Of a DNA stretch of 64,000 nt, positions 17,016 to 25,983 are shown in pieces. Origin of the DNA: a virus; IMG/VR virus record IMGVR_UViG_3300043411_001777, positions 25,968 to 89,967 of that record; one strand, given 5' to 3'. The translations under genes were made by a program, and so were the position numbers. The notes beneath the pieces are model-generated. The model made no database searches. It was not told where the DNA came from and saw only the letters and a list, made by a program, of their open reading frames with translations. Within the stretch, counting starts at the first letter, position 1; every line of letters begins with the position of its first letter.

Positions 17016-18281
17016 TCAGCCTTTGTCGCAAGAAGTTCCGCAAGATAATGACCGTTGCTCCAAACTACCCCGATCAGGGTTCTGTTTCGATTCCTGCTTC
17101 AACGAAGATTGCCGGCTATCCGGGCTTACACCCCCTCCACAAGCGTTTTGAGCCTCCGGCCAACTGGCGGCGGCTAGGATATTGATCGCTGCATTCGTGT
17201 CCGCGTTGCAGCCAAAACCACAACTCAAACACTTAAACACCGACTGGGAAGCCCGATTACCAGCGTCAACGTGCCCACACGATGAGCATCGCTGACTTGT
17301 GTATTGCGGCGGAACAGCCACAATTTCACAACCGTAACGCTTCCCCTTATACTCAAGCTGACGCCGAAACTCTCCTAACGACGCATCATGCATTACACGG
17401 TTCAGCCCACGCTTTCGCGTGCCTCCAGACTTCACCATGTTCTTAACCTTCAAAGCCTCAATTGCAATTTGACCGTGGCTTTTGGTCAACATTGTTGATG
17501 CCTTATGTAAGGCATCTCTTCTTACGTTCCGTACCCTGCGGTGCAAACCGGCTCGCTTGGCCTTCGCCTTGCGGCGGTTGTTGCTCTCAGGCTGCTTACG
17601 GCTCAACGCCTGGTCGAAACGCTTCAGTTTTTTCTTGACTTTCCCAAGCGCCTTCGGGTTCTCAATCATGGTGCCATCGGAGAGCGCCGCCAGTATGGCC
17701 ACGCCCATATCGAGACCGACGGACGGAAATCCATTTGGTTCGGCTTCGGGAAAATCCGGTCCGACAACTGAAACGAACCATCGTCCGCAGTCCTCGGTGA
17801 TTGACGCCTGAGAATGCTTGCCGAGAGGAAGGTATCCTTTCTCTCCCGGCATGAGTCGAACACGGCCCAAGCTGGGCAACTTGATACTGTCCTCACGAGC
17901 GATGATGTGGTCTGTTAACCTGAAGCCGCCGATTCCACGGTTCTTGTTCTTAAACTTTGGGTAGCCGGGTTTTTCGCCTTTCTTGACGCGGTCGAAGAAG
18001 CGTTTGAAGGCTTGGTCAAGGTCACGTAGGGCTTCTTGGGGAGCGCATTTGCTGGCTTCGTACATCCAAGGCACGCCACCATCTTCGATGGGTTTCTTTT
18101 TGAGAAGGTTCAATTCGCGGTGAAGGTCGATCGCGCTGGGGGTTTTGCCCGTCGCCTTGTAAGCCTCTTGCTTTTTCGCCAGTCCCCAATTCCAGGCCCA
18201 TCGGGCATTGCCGGCTGCTTGAAGCATTTGGCGCTTCTGCCCTTCGGAGGGCCGAAGTTCTGCTCGGTAAGCGATTCTCAT
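17016..18281 (-). CDS. tnpB: TnpB-type RNA-guided endonuclease (IS200/IS605 OrfB family; 421 aa), catalytically intact
   Basis: Helical N-terminal region, RuvC-I D (VGLDMGV), RuvC-II E (IAIEAL), zinc ribbon CSSCGH...CLSCGF, RuvC-III D (NADTNAAINI), and an extended C-terminal tail. No tnpA neighbour. Confidence 0.85.
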   Translation of the reverse strand: MRIAYRAELRPSEGQKRQMLQAAGNARWAWNWGLAKKQEAYKATGKTPSAIDLHRELNLLKKKPIEDGGVPWMYEASKCAPQEALRDLDQAFKRFFDRVKKGEKPGYPKFKNKNRGIGGFRLTDHIIAREDSIKLPSLGRVRLMPGEKGYLPLGKHSQASITEDCGRWFVSVVGPDFPEAEPNGFPSVGLDMGVAILAALSDGTMIENPKALGKVKKKLKRFDQALSRKQPESNNRRKAKAKRAGLHRRVRNVRRDALHKASTMLTKSHGQIAIEALKVKNMVKSGGTRKRGLNRVMHDASLGEFRRQLEYKGKRYGCEIVAVPPQYTSQRCSSCGHVDAGNRASQSVFKCLSCGFGCNADTNAAINILAAASWPEAQNACGGGVSPDSRQSSLKQESKQNPDRGSLEQRSLSCGTSCDKG

Positions 18282-18321
18282 GTGTTAGTGTTACCGAAAA
18301 TATAGCCTAACAAGTTGGGGC
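17016..18321 (-). mobile_element. Possible tnpB-only IS200/IS605-like element or domesticated copy. Ends cannot be placed: 40 nt upstream and 2 nt downstream of the tnpB ORF are all that is non-coding.
   Basis: Based on gene content only. No LE/RE hairpins were identified. Confidence 0.3.
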
Positions 18322-18675
18322 TCAAAAGCTATAATCGTGATACGCCTGGCGGAACCCCAGACCAAGGCGGGTTCCACTATTGATCCCCTCACCCTTCTTA
18401 ACCCAATACCCATTCTTCCGGAGCGTGAACGTATAGACTGTCCCCTTTGGGTCCGGGGCGTACGAATACGACTGACTGTCGCTCATTCCGTTCCCGTCCG
18501 TTCGGGTAGCAGTGTCCTCCTGCACCTTGATCGTCTTGCCGTTCTTGGCGACCTCGATCACCGTACAAGCGTGACGGTCACTGTAGAAGAGCAGCGTTGC
18601 TCCCTGACCCACCTCCGGAGCCGGCTGGGTGGAATCTTCCATGATACGGTTCATAATACTTCCAAAGACGCGCAT
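18322..18675 (-). CDS. hypothetical protein (117 aa)
   Basis: Start at MRVFGS, with GGAGGTG 8 nt upstream. It is the first gene of the minus block after the divergent region 18676-18779. Confidence 0.55.
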   Translation of the reverse strand: MRVFGSIMNRIMEDSTQPAPEVGQGATLLFYSDRHACTVIEVAKNGKTIKVQEDTATRTDGNGMSDSQSYSYAPDPKGTVYTFTLRKNGYWVKKGEGINSGTRLGLGFRQAYHDYSF

Positions 18676-18779
18676 GTCTATCACCTCCAAACATGGAACC
18701 ACGAAGGACCACGAAGTTAGGGCCCTAAATTCTGCCTTGGTCGTGGTTTGATAGCTGTAACGAACAAAGGTTCTCCATA
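18676..18779. promoter_or_regulatory. Divergent intergenic region, likely carrying promoters for the minus block (18675 downward) and the plus block (18780 onward)
   Basis: The only strand switch here. 104 bp without ORFs. Confidence 0.35.
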
Positions 18780-19214
18780 ATGAGTGTTGAGTTTACAGGG
18801 TTCTACTCAGGTAAGGTTCATCGGGCGATTAAGCCCAAGCCGAACCTGATGCCCTTTATCTGTTCCATCCGAAGCCCAGCTCTAGACGAGGGCTTTTTCC
18901 GCTTCCTTAATGCTGATGGCAAACCTATTTCAGGCCCGCTCGCCCTCAGCTCCCCGATCGAAGTCCCAGCGTGGGAAACCAACCACTCGTTTGTGGTCTT
19001 GTCTCACCCACTAGATACAACAGGGTTCGGTTTTTTCAACCACCGGCTGGTGGCTCAAAAGCTGTTTCCCCAGCATAGGCAGGCTCCGGCATTCGGTATT
19101 TACCGGCCCGGTACGTTCGACCCTGACCTTAAGGTATCCCTGAGCGTATTCGGTGACGTCCTGGTTTTTCCGCTGATTATCAGCAATACCCTCTTGGAGC
19201 TTGCCAAGCAATGA
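18780..19214 (+). CDS. hypothetical protein (144 aa)
   Basis: ORF; first gene of the plus block. Confidence 0.5.
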   Translation: MSVEFTGFYSGKVHRAIKPKPNLMPFICSIRSPALDEGFFRFLNADGKPISGPLALSSPIEVPAWETNHSFVVLSHPLDTTGFGFFNHRLVAQKLFPQHRQAPAFGIYRPGTFDPDLKVSLSVFGDVLVFPLIISNTLLELAKQ

Positions 19215-19425
19215 TGCGTTTTTTGGTTGTTTTCGCGCTGTTCGTTTCGTGTGATACGGATTACACAGATGAGCCTCAGTGTAAGGACGGTGAAGTCCAA
19301 TGCCGAAGGGCGTGCGTACCTCTGTCGGATGTGGATCTGGTTATCGAGTGTCGAGGGAACCTGCCCTAAAACAATTCCTGTTAGTGGGTAGTCCCTCCGT
19401 AACAGGGAATCAGGAGAAAACGAAA

Positions 19426-19770
19426 ATGCGTGAGATTTGCACAACTTGTGGCTTTGAGAAGAAGGCTGTTCACATTCACGGGGATGAGTGGGACGTTCAT
19501 TGCTCTGACTTCTGTGCTGAAGTCGGATATACACACCGCAAGGCTTTCCTCACCCTTAAAGCTGGGGAATGGGGTTATTTTCCGTGCGCGAAGTGCGGGA
19601 CCATCCTAGAGGACATTTACTCGGGTCCGGAAGCCCCGCTTAAGGAGCGCATCTGTTCCGGATGCCACAAGAGGATTCGCTTTGAGCTAACCCGCGAAGC
19701 TTTGGAAAGGGCCCTGCCCTTCCTGCCGGAAGCTGATGCAGCCCTTGCTCGTGAAGCTCTGGATTTTTGA
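19426..19770 (+). CDS. zinc-finger protein (114 aa)
   Basis: Start MREICTTCG, with CAGGAG 9 nt upstream. Cys pairs CTTCG...CSDFC...CAKCG...CSGCH. Confidence 0.5.
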   Translation: MREICTTCGFEKKAVHIHGDEWDVHCSDFCAEVGYTHRKAFLTLKAGEWGYFPCAKCGTILEDIYSGPEAPLKERICSGCHKRIRFELTREALERALPFLPEADAALAREALDF

Positions 19771-19812
19771 AAATGGCTTTTGAGGCGCAATTCAAACAGA
19801 GGGTTCAGGAAA

Positions 19813-20157
19813 ATGGCAACAGTTAGAGAGGCTTTCGCGTCCTACAAGGAAGCACTCGCAATGCGCATGGTGGCGCTTAAGCAGCATGACTACTATAGCG
19901 CCCTAAACTTTGCGGGGGTCTTAAGCCCCTACACACCCGACGAAATCAAGAAAGCCCAGGACGCTAGAACAGCGTTCTCTAATGCGGACCGGGCGTACCT
20001 GCGGGCGGTATCCGCGCTCGCAGAAGCCTTAGACGAGGCTGGGTTCGGGGATCCTGGCGACGATTGGATAGGCAATATGGCCCGATTGGAAGAGGAAGCC
20101 GGAGGATTTCCCGGTGTCACAGGCGGATTAGTCCGACGATCGAAGAAAAAGGGCTAA
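19813..20157 (+). CDS. hypothetical protein (114 aa)
   Basis: ORF; an internal Met start is preferred. Confidence 0.45.
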   Translation: MATVREAFASYKEALAMRMVALKQHDYYSALNFAGVLSPYTPDEIKKAQDARTAFSNADRAYLRAVSALAEALDEAGFGDPGDDWIGNMARLEEEAGGFPGVTGGLVRRSKKKG

Positions 20158-20185
20158 ACAATTCCACTGCCCCGGTCCCTAATAC

Positions 20186-20680
20186 ATGAGCATCACCTTC
20201 TCAACGGAAATTAGTCGCCAGGTCGAAGAGGCCTGTTACTGCGTTGACGGTAACCCGGATCCCGATTGCCGTTGGTGCAAGGGCACGGGGGTTGAGGTTC
20301 GTGACGAACCCCTCGCCAGTGTGAATTTCAGCAACACCAATGTCGGAATGATCTTCCAGGCATTGGAGCTTCCTTCCGAGGAATGGGGCCAGTGGACTCT
20401 GGCTCAGATCCCTGGGATCCGTCGCAAGATCGTTCTTGCAATGCAGAAGCGTGCGGCCCTTGAGGATCTCGTCTACTCGGATTTCGAGGAAATGACTCGG
20501 GGCCGGGTGGAGGTGTCGGACAACACTTGGATGAAGGCGGGCCCTTCCAAGCTGGGAGGCACTGGGGCTCGGCTGGTTCTGTTTGAGAACACTGCGGATG
20601 ATCTGGTGAATCGTTTGATTCGCCTGAATTCCGTTCTGGCGGACGCGCAGGAGAATTCCTGTGGTGTTACTTGGAGTTGA
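20186..20680 (+). CDS. hypothetical protein (164 aa) with an N-terminal CxxxGxxDxDCxWCKGTG zinc-finger-like motif
   Basis: ORF. Confidence 0.5.
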   Translation: MSITFSTEISRQVEEACYCVDGNPDPDCRWCKGTGVEVRDEPLASVNFSNTNVGMIFQALELPSEEWGQWTLAQIPGIRRKIVLAMQKRAALEDLVYSDFEEMTRGRVEVSDNTWMKAGPSKLGGTGARLVLFENTADDLVNRLIRLNSVLADAQENSCGVTWS

Positions 20681-20683
20681 GCC

Positions 20684-20872
20684 ATGGGTTTCTTGTTCGT
20701 TAAAGGGGAGTGGATAAAAATCAAAGAAGGAGCACCCTCTTTCCAAGATGCAAAGGGGGTTATCGTCTATAGGCGTCAACCTCTGTACGACTCCACATCG
20801 AATACTTACGATGTTAAGATCGGTGACGAAATCGTAACTGATATCCCCGAAGACTGGATTTCCAAAACCTAG
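20684..20872 (+). CDS. hypothetical protein (62 aa)
   Basis: Small ORF in operon context. Confidence 0.4.
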   Translation: MGFLFVKGEWIKIKEGAPSFQDAKGVIVYRRQPLYDSTSNTYDVKIGDEIVTDIPEDWISKT

Positions 20873-20884
20873 TGGAGTTGAGTC

Positions 20885-21214
20885 ATGAATGCTGAGTGGA
20901 CCGATGTGGCTGGTGATATCGAGTGGCGTGGCATTACCCTTACCTTCGATGAAGGGGACTCGAATTACCTCGATACTCCGGTTTGGAGTGTGTCACGGAG
21001 TTTCCCTGGACGTGGCCTTCCCAGTAGCTTTTCTCGAATTGAGGTTAGTTACAACCAAGACACCCTCTTTTTCGAGGCTACTGCCCTTGGCCTTAACACA
21101 AGGGGTCGGGGCGTAGGGCCAACTCCTCAGGAAGCGCTAGAAGCCGCTCTGGCGCAGATTATAAGCTCCGTTCGGATTTTCCAGGATTGGGTCACCGAAA
21201 CGGCGGCAAGCTAA
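20885..21214 (+). CDS. hypothetical protein (109 aa)
   Basis: ORF. Confidence 0.5.
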   Translation: MNAEWTDVAGDIEWRGITLTFDEGDSNYLDTPVWSVSRSFPGRGLPSSFSRIEVSYNQDTLFFEATALGLNTRGRGVGPTPQEALEAALAQIISSVRIFQDWVTETAAS

Positions 21215-21438
21215 TGGCAAAGCACTCCACCCTAAATTGGACCCCAAACCCAGAGGCCGCACAAAAGGCGCGGGTTAGAGCCGTGCAGGTCCACAATGCA
21301 GCCCTTGCAAGGGGCCTCTTTTTCAGCAAGGAATGTGCTGCCCTTAGCATCGCGCTAAAGGACCTTCGCGCCTACAACCCCGATTCTATCAGTGAGCTTA
21401 ACAAACTCGCGGATGAGCTGGAAAAACGACTCTTATGA
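21214..21438 (+). CDS. hypothetical protein (74 aa)
   Basis: ATG overlaps the previous stop (TAATG). Confidence 0.45.
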   Translation: MAKHSTLNWTPNPEAAQKARVRAVQVHNAALARGLFFSKECAALSIALKDLRAYNPDSISELNKLADELEKRLL

Positions 21439-21647
21439 AGCCATGGTCCGCCACCTACAGGTTCAATAAGCGCTCCAGTCGCACTATCTTGATAGATACT
21501 TTTCACAGCGGGCATCGGAGCTGGTCGCGTTACGGCGAACGCCTGATCGCCCCTCTGCGGAATTGGAAATCTTCACGGCTTAAAGTTTAGGGGCTAAGTT
21601 GAGGCGTTCCTTGGGTCTTTCTATCAGAATCGATCAGAGGATTTACT

Positions 21648-21878
21648 ATGGGCCAGCCAATTCCCCACTATTTCGTCCTTAATGGACACACCCTCGGCTA
21701 CGTATACGAGGGCCACAGTTCTTGGTTCAACATCCTTCACGCCAGCGTGTTGAAGGGCAGCAACTACGACCGATTGGGCGGTCCAGTTCCTATCGGGGCA
21801 CTGGATATTCTCGTCCCGGCTACGTTGGCTGACTTCGATGCCTTCCGGGTTTTGGCGCCACCCTTCATGCGCTCATGA
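21648..21878 (+). CDS. hypothetical protein (76 aa)
   Basis: GAGGA lies upstream. The end overlaps the kinase gene start (ATGA). Confidence 0.45.
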   Translation: MGQPIPHYFVLNGHTLGYVYEGHSSWFNILHASVLKGSNYDRLGGPVPIGALDILVPATLADFDAFRVLAPPFMRS

Positions 21879-22273
21879 AGTTCGTTCTCGTTGCCGGTCT
21901 GCCCGGAAGCGGCAAGACCTTTTATGCCAAGGCTCGTTCTTCGGCAGAAGGTCTCCTCTTGATCGATGATCCACGACCGGAAACGGGCGGGTTCGGAGCG
22001 GCTGTTGAAGGCCTTCAAGGCCACAAGGGTGCGGTCATAACCGACCCTTGGTTCTGCTCACCTGTGACCCGAGCCGCCGCTGAAAAGGTCATCCGGACCG
22101 CTTTCCCGGAAGCGGTTTTTGAATGGGTGTTCTTTGAGCCTGACGTTGAGGCCTGTGCAAAGAACTTGTGGCGACGCGCTACGCAGGGGGACACCCGCAA
22201 GGTGACGCTGCAAGCGTTTGTTAGTGTGTACGTCCTGCCACCTGGAGTTGAGAGACTTCCGGTGTGGAAATGA
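21875..22273 (+). CDS. P-loop NTPase/kinase-like protein (132 aa)
   Basis: Walker A motif GLPGSGKT at the N-terminus. Confidence 0.6.
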   Translation: MKFVLVAGLPGSGKTFYAKARSSAEGLLLIDDPRPETGGFGAAVEGLQGHKGAVITDPWFCSPVTRAAAEKVIRTAFPEAVFEWVFFEPDVEACAKNLWRRATQGDTRKVTLQAFVSVYVLPPGVERLPVWK

Positions 22274-22304
22274 GAAAGGGCCCAATCGGGGCCTTTTCTT
22301 CGTT

Positions 22305-22649
22305 CTACTTGCCCGCTTCAAACTCGCAGTAGTGCCAACTCTCTCCGTTATGGAAAAGCATTGTGCAGCCATCAACCGGCAGACAACGCCAATCGTACTT
22401 GGCATCCGGTTCCCGAACCAGCATCGGACAGCTATCCTCGTCATACCAAGAGTAGGACGCGAGGTGTCTATCCTGGTGGTATATCCCACCTATCGCAGTA
22501 TGGGTTAGCAGGTATGCAGTAAAAACCCCCAGCGTGGCCCAAACCCAATTGATTCCCACCTTCCTTTTGGCTCCCAACCATAGGAGTCCGAAGAACAAGA
22601 GTAGGAAAAGGAAACTGGGAATCCAACCATAAGTGATAAAATCTTTCAT
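22305..22649 (-). CDS. membrane protein (114 aa)
   Basis: Internal Met start MKDFITYGWIPSFLFLLLFFGLLWLG, with 2 hydrophobic segments. The upstream part of the listed ORF uses a TTG start and overlaps other frames. Confidence 0.45.
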   Translation of the reverse strand: MKDFITYGWIPSFLFLLLFFGLLWLGAKRKVGINWVWATLGVFTAYLLTHTAIGGIYHQDRHLASYSWYDEDSCPMLVREPDAKYDWRCLPVDGCTMLFHNGESWHYCEFEAGK

Positions 22650-22659
22650 CGGAAACCTT

Positions 22660-22857
22660 TTACGGAAGTCGCTCATGCCGTCGAGCATGGCAGTCACAGA
22701 CGCAAAGCCCAAATGGGCCACCTTTCTTCTTGGTACAGGTATAGAACCCAGGCAAATCCTTGGGCTTACACCGGCACCCAGAAACTGGCTTGACGACAAC
22801 CTTGTAAATGCTAAGGATTGCCGAGGTTACGACAATCCCCAAGATTACCTCAATCAA
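22660..22857 (-). CDS. small membrane protein (65 aa)
   Basis: N-terminal hydrophobic helix IEVILGIVVTSAILSIY and a Cys-rich tail. It competes with a plus-strand ORF that is more likely spurious. Confidence 0.3.
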   Translation of the reverse strand: MIEVILGIVVTSAILSIYKVVVKPVSGCRCKPKDLPGFYTCTKKKGGPFGLCVCDCHARRHERLP

Positions 22858-23098
22858 CGATCCACCCCTCCGAGAGGAATTCCCCTAGGTCCAGCTCTTC
22901 GAACGTACAGCCCAAAGCCTTCTCTGGATCAAGCAACTGCGCGTCAAAGGCTACTTCCACCTTTGTAGGGTCCTTTGCTGGACGTAGGAAAGCATAGCGG
23001 GTCCCCCCGCCTGGACGGCTTTGCTTTGGGTTGACCACAAATAAGTAACGGCTAAGCCAAGCCTCAGGGTTGACGATAATATCGCGAGTATCGCTCAC
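22850..23098 (-). CDS. hypothetical protein (82 aa)
   Basis: ORF. Confidence 0.45.
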   Translation of the reverse strand: MSDTRDIIVNPEAWLSRYLFVVNPKQSRPGGGTRYAFLRPAKDPTKVEVAFDAQLLDPEKALGCTFEELDLGEFLSEGWIVD

Positions 23099-23109
23099 TT
23101 GAGTCTGCC

Positions 23110-23484
23110 TCAGGGACGCTTTAGAGCGTCAACCTTCTTGAGGAATGCGAACAGCTCTTGCAAGTCAACGGACTTCACCCCGTAGCTTGAGCTGTTGCCG
23201 TAGTAGTCGACATCCCTATCACTATCCTCGACTACTACCGTCTTGATTAGCTCCTTGTAGGCACGATGCGTTAGATCCGGAGCCCAACGATAGAGGATTT
23301 CGTCCAAATCCCTAAACTCGGGTTCGGGTTCCCCATCACGAGGATACTCGGCCACACCGCCGTAGCAATCCCCACCCCCGATACCACCCTTAAACCAGCG
23401 AATGCTGATATTCGGGTAACCCCGACTGGCCCAACCCCTTTGGGTTAAGTCGGCTAGGAAGTCTTCAAACGTGAATTCGTTCAT
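23110..23484 (-). CDS. hypothetical protein, paralog of 23763-24179 (124 aa)
   Basis: Shared motifs F-DLD-(I/V)L---AP-L---AY--L...YYGN with its paralog. Internal Met start MNEFTFEDF. Confidence 0.5.
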   Translation of the reverse strand: MNEFTFEDFLADLTQRGWASRGYPNISIRWFKGGIGGGDCYGGVAEYPRDGEPEPEFRDLDEILYRWAPDLTHRAYKELIKTVVVEDSDRDVDYYGNSSSYGVKSVDLQELFAFLKKVDALKRP

Positions 23485-23491
23485 ATCAGCC

Positions 23492-23761
23492 TCAAAGAGC
23501 CATATCGGCCGGGTTAGCGGTAAACCCGTTGAGAACGTTAAGGAGAATCTCCTGAGCCTCAATCAGGGAGGGCCAGGAGTCTTTACTTACCCAGAGCTGG
23601 GTTCCAGCTCCCTGCCGGAAATCAGAATCGGGCTTGCCGTAAAGGAAGCAGTTCCAACCGCTAGCTCGCTGCTTAACGATCAGGGTGTAGCGGGTCTTGC
23701 CCACCACCACAATCTTACGACATTCAATCTGCTCCCAACCATCCAAAGACTTGATTTCCAT
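23492..23761 (-). CDS. hypothetical protein (89 aa)
   Basis: Internal start MEIKSLDGW, placed to abut its neighbours. Confidence 0.4.
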   Translation of the reverse strand: MEIKSLDGWEQIECRKIVVVGKTRYTLIVKQRASGWNCFLYGKPDSDFRQGAGTQLWVSKDSWPSLIEAQEILLNVLNGFTANPADMAL

Positions 23762-23762
23762 C

Positions 23763-24179
23763 TCAACCTCCAAATCCTGGCACGTTCTCACACAGAAAGT
23801 CGTAAAGCTCCCGGAGCGTGATCCACTCTTCACGGTAATCCGTGCAGTTCCCGTAATACTCGTTCTCCGAGTATTCATGCTGATGAACGAGAGCGACAAG
23901 CTTCCGGTACGCCGAGAAAGACAGGTTAGGGGCTAGCTTAAGCAGCACCGTGTCTAAGTCGGTAAACGCAGGCGGAGGACCCTCCTTCCACCAAGGTTGT
24001 GGGTTGGAACTATCCCAACAACTCCCGCCGCTGACGCCCCCAAGCTCCCAACGAGTCCCTAGAACGGGCTCGGGGAAGCGGTCGTAACATTCCTTGCTGG
24101 AACGGCCATACCTGGCCCCCCAAGGAGCCTCCCCCAGTCCCAACGAAGCACACTCAGCCACGAAAGTTTTGAAATCCAT
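23763..24179 (-). CDS. hypothetical protein, paralog of 23110-23484 (138 aa)
   Basis: MDFKTFVAEC...FTDLDTVLLKLAPNL...YYGNCTDY. Confidence 0.5.
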   Translation of the reverse strand: MDFKTFVAECASLGLGEAPWGARYGRSSKECYDRFPEPVLGTRWELGGVSGGSCWDSSNPQPWWKEGPPPAFTDLDTVLLKLAPNLSFSAYRKLVALVHQHEYSENEYYGNCTDYREEWITLRELYDFLCENVPGFGG

Positions 24180-24252
24180 GCCAAGTCTACCCGCCACCGC
24201 CAACGGCTTAGCCCATCTTTTAATCCCCTATACCTCTTCGGGGTAAGAGGGC

Positions 24253-25983
24253 TTGATGAAACGATATGCCGGCCACCTCCCAGAGGACTTTTGGCCCAAA
24301 CAAGAGAGCGAACTCAATAAGCTTTTAGCGTTAAGAGTACCCCATTACCCAGGGTCTGTTTACGGGGAAATGTTCAGCCTATTGTTTTTCAACAAGCAGT
24401 TGAAAACCACCCTCGGGACCAACAATCCCGAAGTTGTTAAACTGTGTCAATCAATGCATGATAGCATTGTAGAACATGCTGATAGGTTTGTGGCATTTCA
24501 AAATGAGATTGATGATGCTGGCAAGCCTAATAACCTTGGTGCATTCATTGCTGGGGACATCATTTCGAGGGTTGCCGAACTTTATGCAAAGCAATTCAGA
24601 ACCTTGGGGGACTGTCTAACAGAGGCTTGGCGTCTAAACATAATGGCTGTGGTTCAGCGCGCGGGTAAGCTGAAAAAGCAGGCTCCCCCCGAAGTTCTAG
24701 CCGCATACAAGGCCAAGGACTTCCAAACGGTTAGGGATTGGCTTGAGTCTGTTGCCACTTTGGGCCTGGCCTCTACACCCAAATACCTCATGGTTTACGT
24801 GTTTGACTACGTTGGGCCGTCTTTCCAGCTCTTGTTTGAGCAGTTGAAGGATGCTCTGGCAAAGCAAGCAACCTCCGGAGAGGATGATATATACCGCGAG
24901 TTTGACATGAATGGGTTGAAGGTTGTCATAGACGACACTACGGTCACCCCGGCTCAAACTCGGCAATATGTGAAATACATCGACGAGGCTTACAACCGGT
25001 TTCGCGCTAAGGGCATGGGGAAGATTTGGTATGGCACCCTCTTCATCTCCTGTAAAGCCTGTGGAGGAGTCAATAACCTAAACCCAGAACTAGGAACCGC
25101 AGCCCATTACAACATCCCCAAGGATTGGGTTCGGATATTCGAGCGGCCTGGCGCAGAGATAACGGAGTATATCGCGCACGAGCTAGGGCATCGCTACTGG
25201 TTCAAGAAGATGAGCCAGTCTCAGCGGACCAAATTTGAGCAATTGATTAGGGTCTACGACCGGCCCCACCCCAAACTAGCCCCAGACCGCTTGGACATCA
25301 AACAGTTAGATTCTGCCCTCGTATCGATGCGTGACCTTGCCACGAAGCTTTATTTCGAGTTGGAGGGTCACTTAAAGGTCTTCATGAAGACCCGAATAGC
25401 ACGGCCCAAGGCCATTGCGCAATTTACCAAACTTTTCGAGCAGGAAGTCAAGAAGTACGATGCAGGGTTGCGCGAAATCATTAGCGATCTAAGCACGCTC
25501 GCCCTCGTCAGGGAATACGAGAAGGCAGAGGGCTGGAAATCAAAAGCGAAGATGGACGAGGTTTTGCAGCAGTTAACACAAGCCGTGTCTGACCTTAACA
25601 TCAGGACTTTGCCGGAAGAGGATTTCAAGGCTCTTCGAGAGAAATGGGTGTGGTATGCGGCATCCCGGGCTGAAAATGCCAAGCTCTTCCTTTTTTCTTA
25701 TCTCTCCGGGGCGTCGGTCTATATTGAGAAAGAACAGCGTAGAGTTGAGTTGGACCGTCTCCATGAGAGAGAGGAGGCTTTCCTAGCGGATCCACGGCCG
25801 GTTATCCCGGTAAGTGACTACGGGAAGAACAACGCAGCGGAGGCTTTTGCCGAAGTGTTTGCATGGTACATCATGGGTAAGGACTTGACATCCGACCAGA
25901 AGGATTCGTTCCGTGCGGTGTTGGCAGGGAGCACCCTGGCACAGCGCATTGCTGCATTGTGGAGACGTAAGCATGGACATTGA
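24253..25983 (+). CDS. large protein with a C-terminal HExxH zincin-like metallopeptidase module (576 aa); paralog family Z, member 1
   Basis: IAHELGHRYWF with an E about 19 aa downstream. The C-terminal NAAEAFAEVFAWY motif is shared with the 25973-27400 and 55525-56607 genes. Confidence 0.6.
   Translation: MMKRYAGHLPEDFWPKQESELNKLLALRVPHYPGSVYGEMFSLLFFNKQLKTTLGTNNPEVVKLCQSMHDSIVEHADRFVAFQNEIDDAGKPNNLGAFIAGDIISRVAELYAKQFRTLGDCLTEAWRLNIMAVVQRAGKLKKQAPPEVLAAYKAKDFQTVRDWLESVATLGLASTPKYLMVYVFDYVGPSFQLLFEQLKDALAKQATSGEDDIYREFDMNGLKVVIDDTTVTPAQTRQYVKYIDEAYNRFRAKGMGKIWYGTLFISCKACGGVNNLNPELGTAAHYNIPKDWVRIFERPGAEITEYIAHELGHRYWFKKMSQSQRTKFEQLIRVYDRPHPKLAPDRLDIKQLDSALVSMRDLATKLYFELEGHLKVFMKTRIARPKAIAQFTKLFEQEVKKYDAGLREIISDLSTLALVREYEKAEGWKSKAKMDEVLQQLTQAVSDLNIRTLPEEDFKALREKWVWYAASRAENAKLFLFSYLSGASVYIEKEQRRVELDRLHEREEAFLADPRPVIPVSDYGKNNAAEAFAEVFAWYIMGKDLTSDQKDSFRAVLAGSTLAQRIAALWRRKHGH

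Noticed and set aside
17016-18321. Calling a complete IS200/IS605 insertion sequence with defined LE/RE
   Set aside because: No tnpA is present and no subterminal hairpins could be identified. Only 40 nt are non-coding upstream and 2 nt downstream of tnpB, so element boundaries are not supported by the sequence. It is reported as tnpB CDS plus a low-confidence mobile_element.
22633-22968. Plus-strand ORF 22633-22968 (111 aa) in the minus-strand island
   Set aside because: Antisense to the 22660-22857 and 22850-23098 genes. It has a Pro/Arg-rich tail and no RBS.
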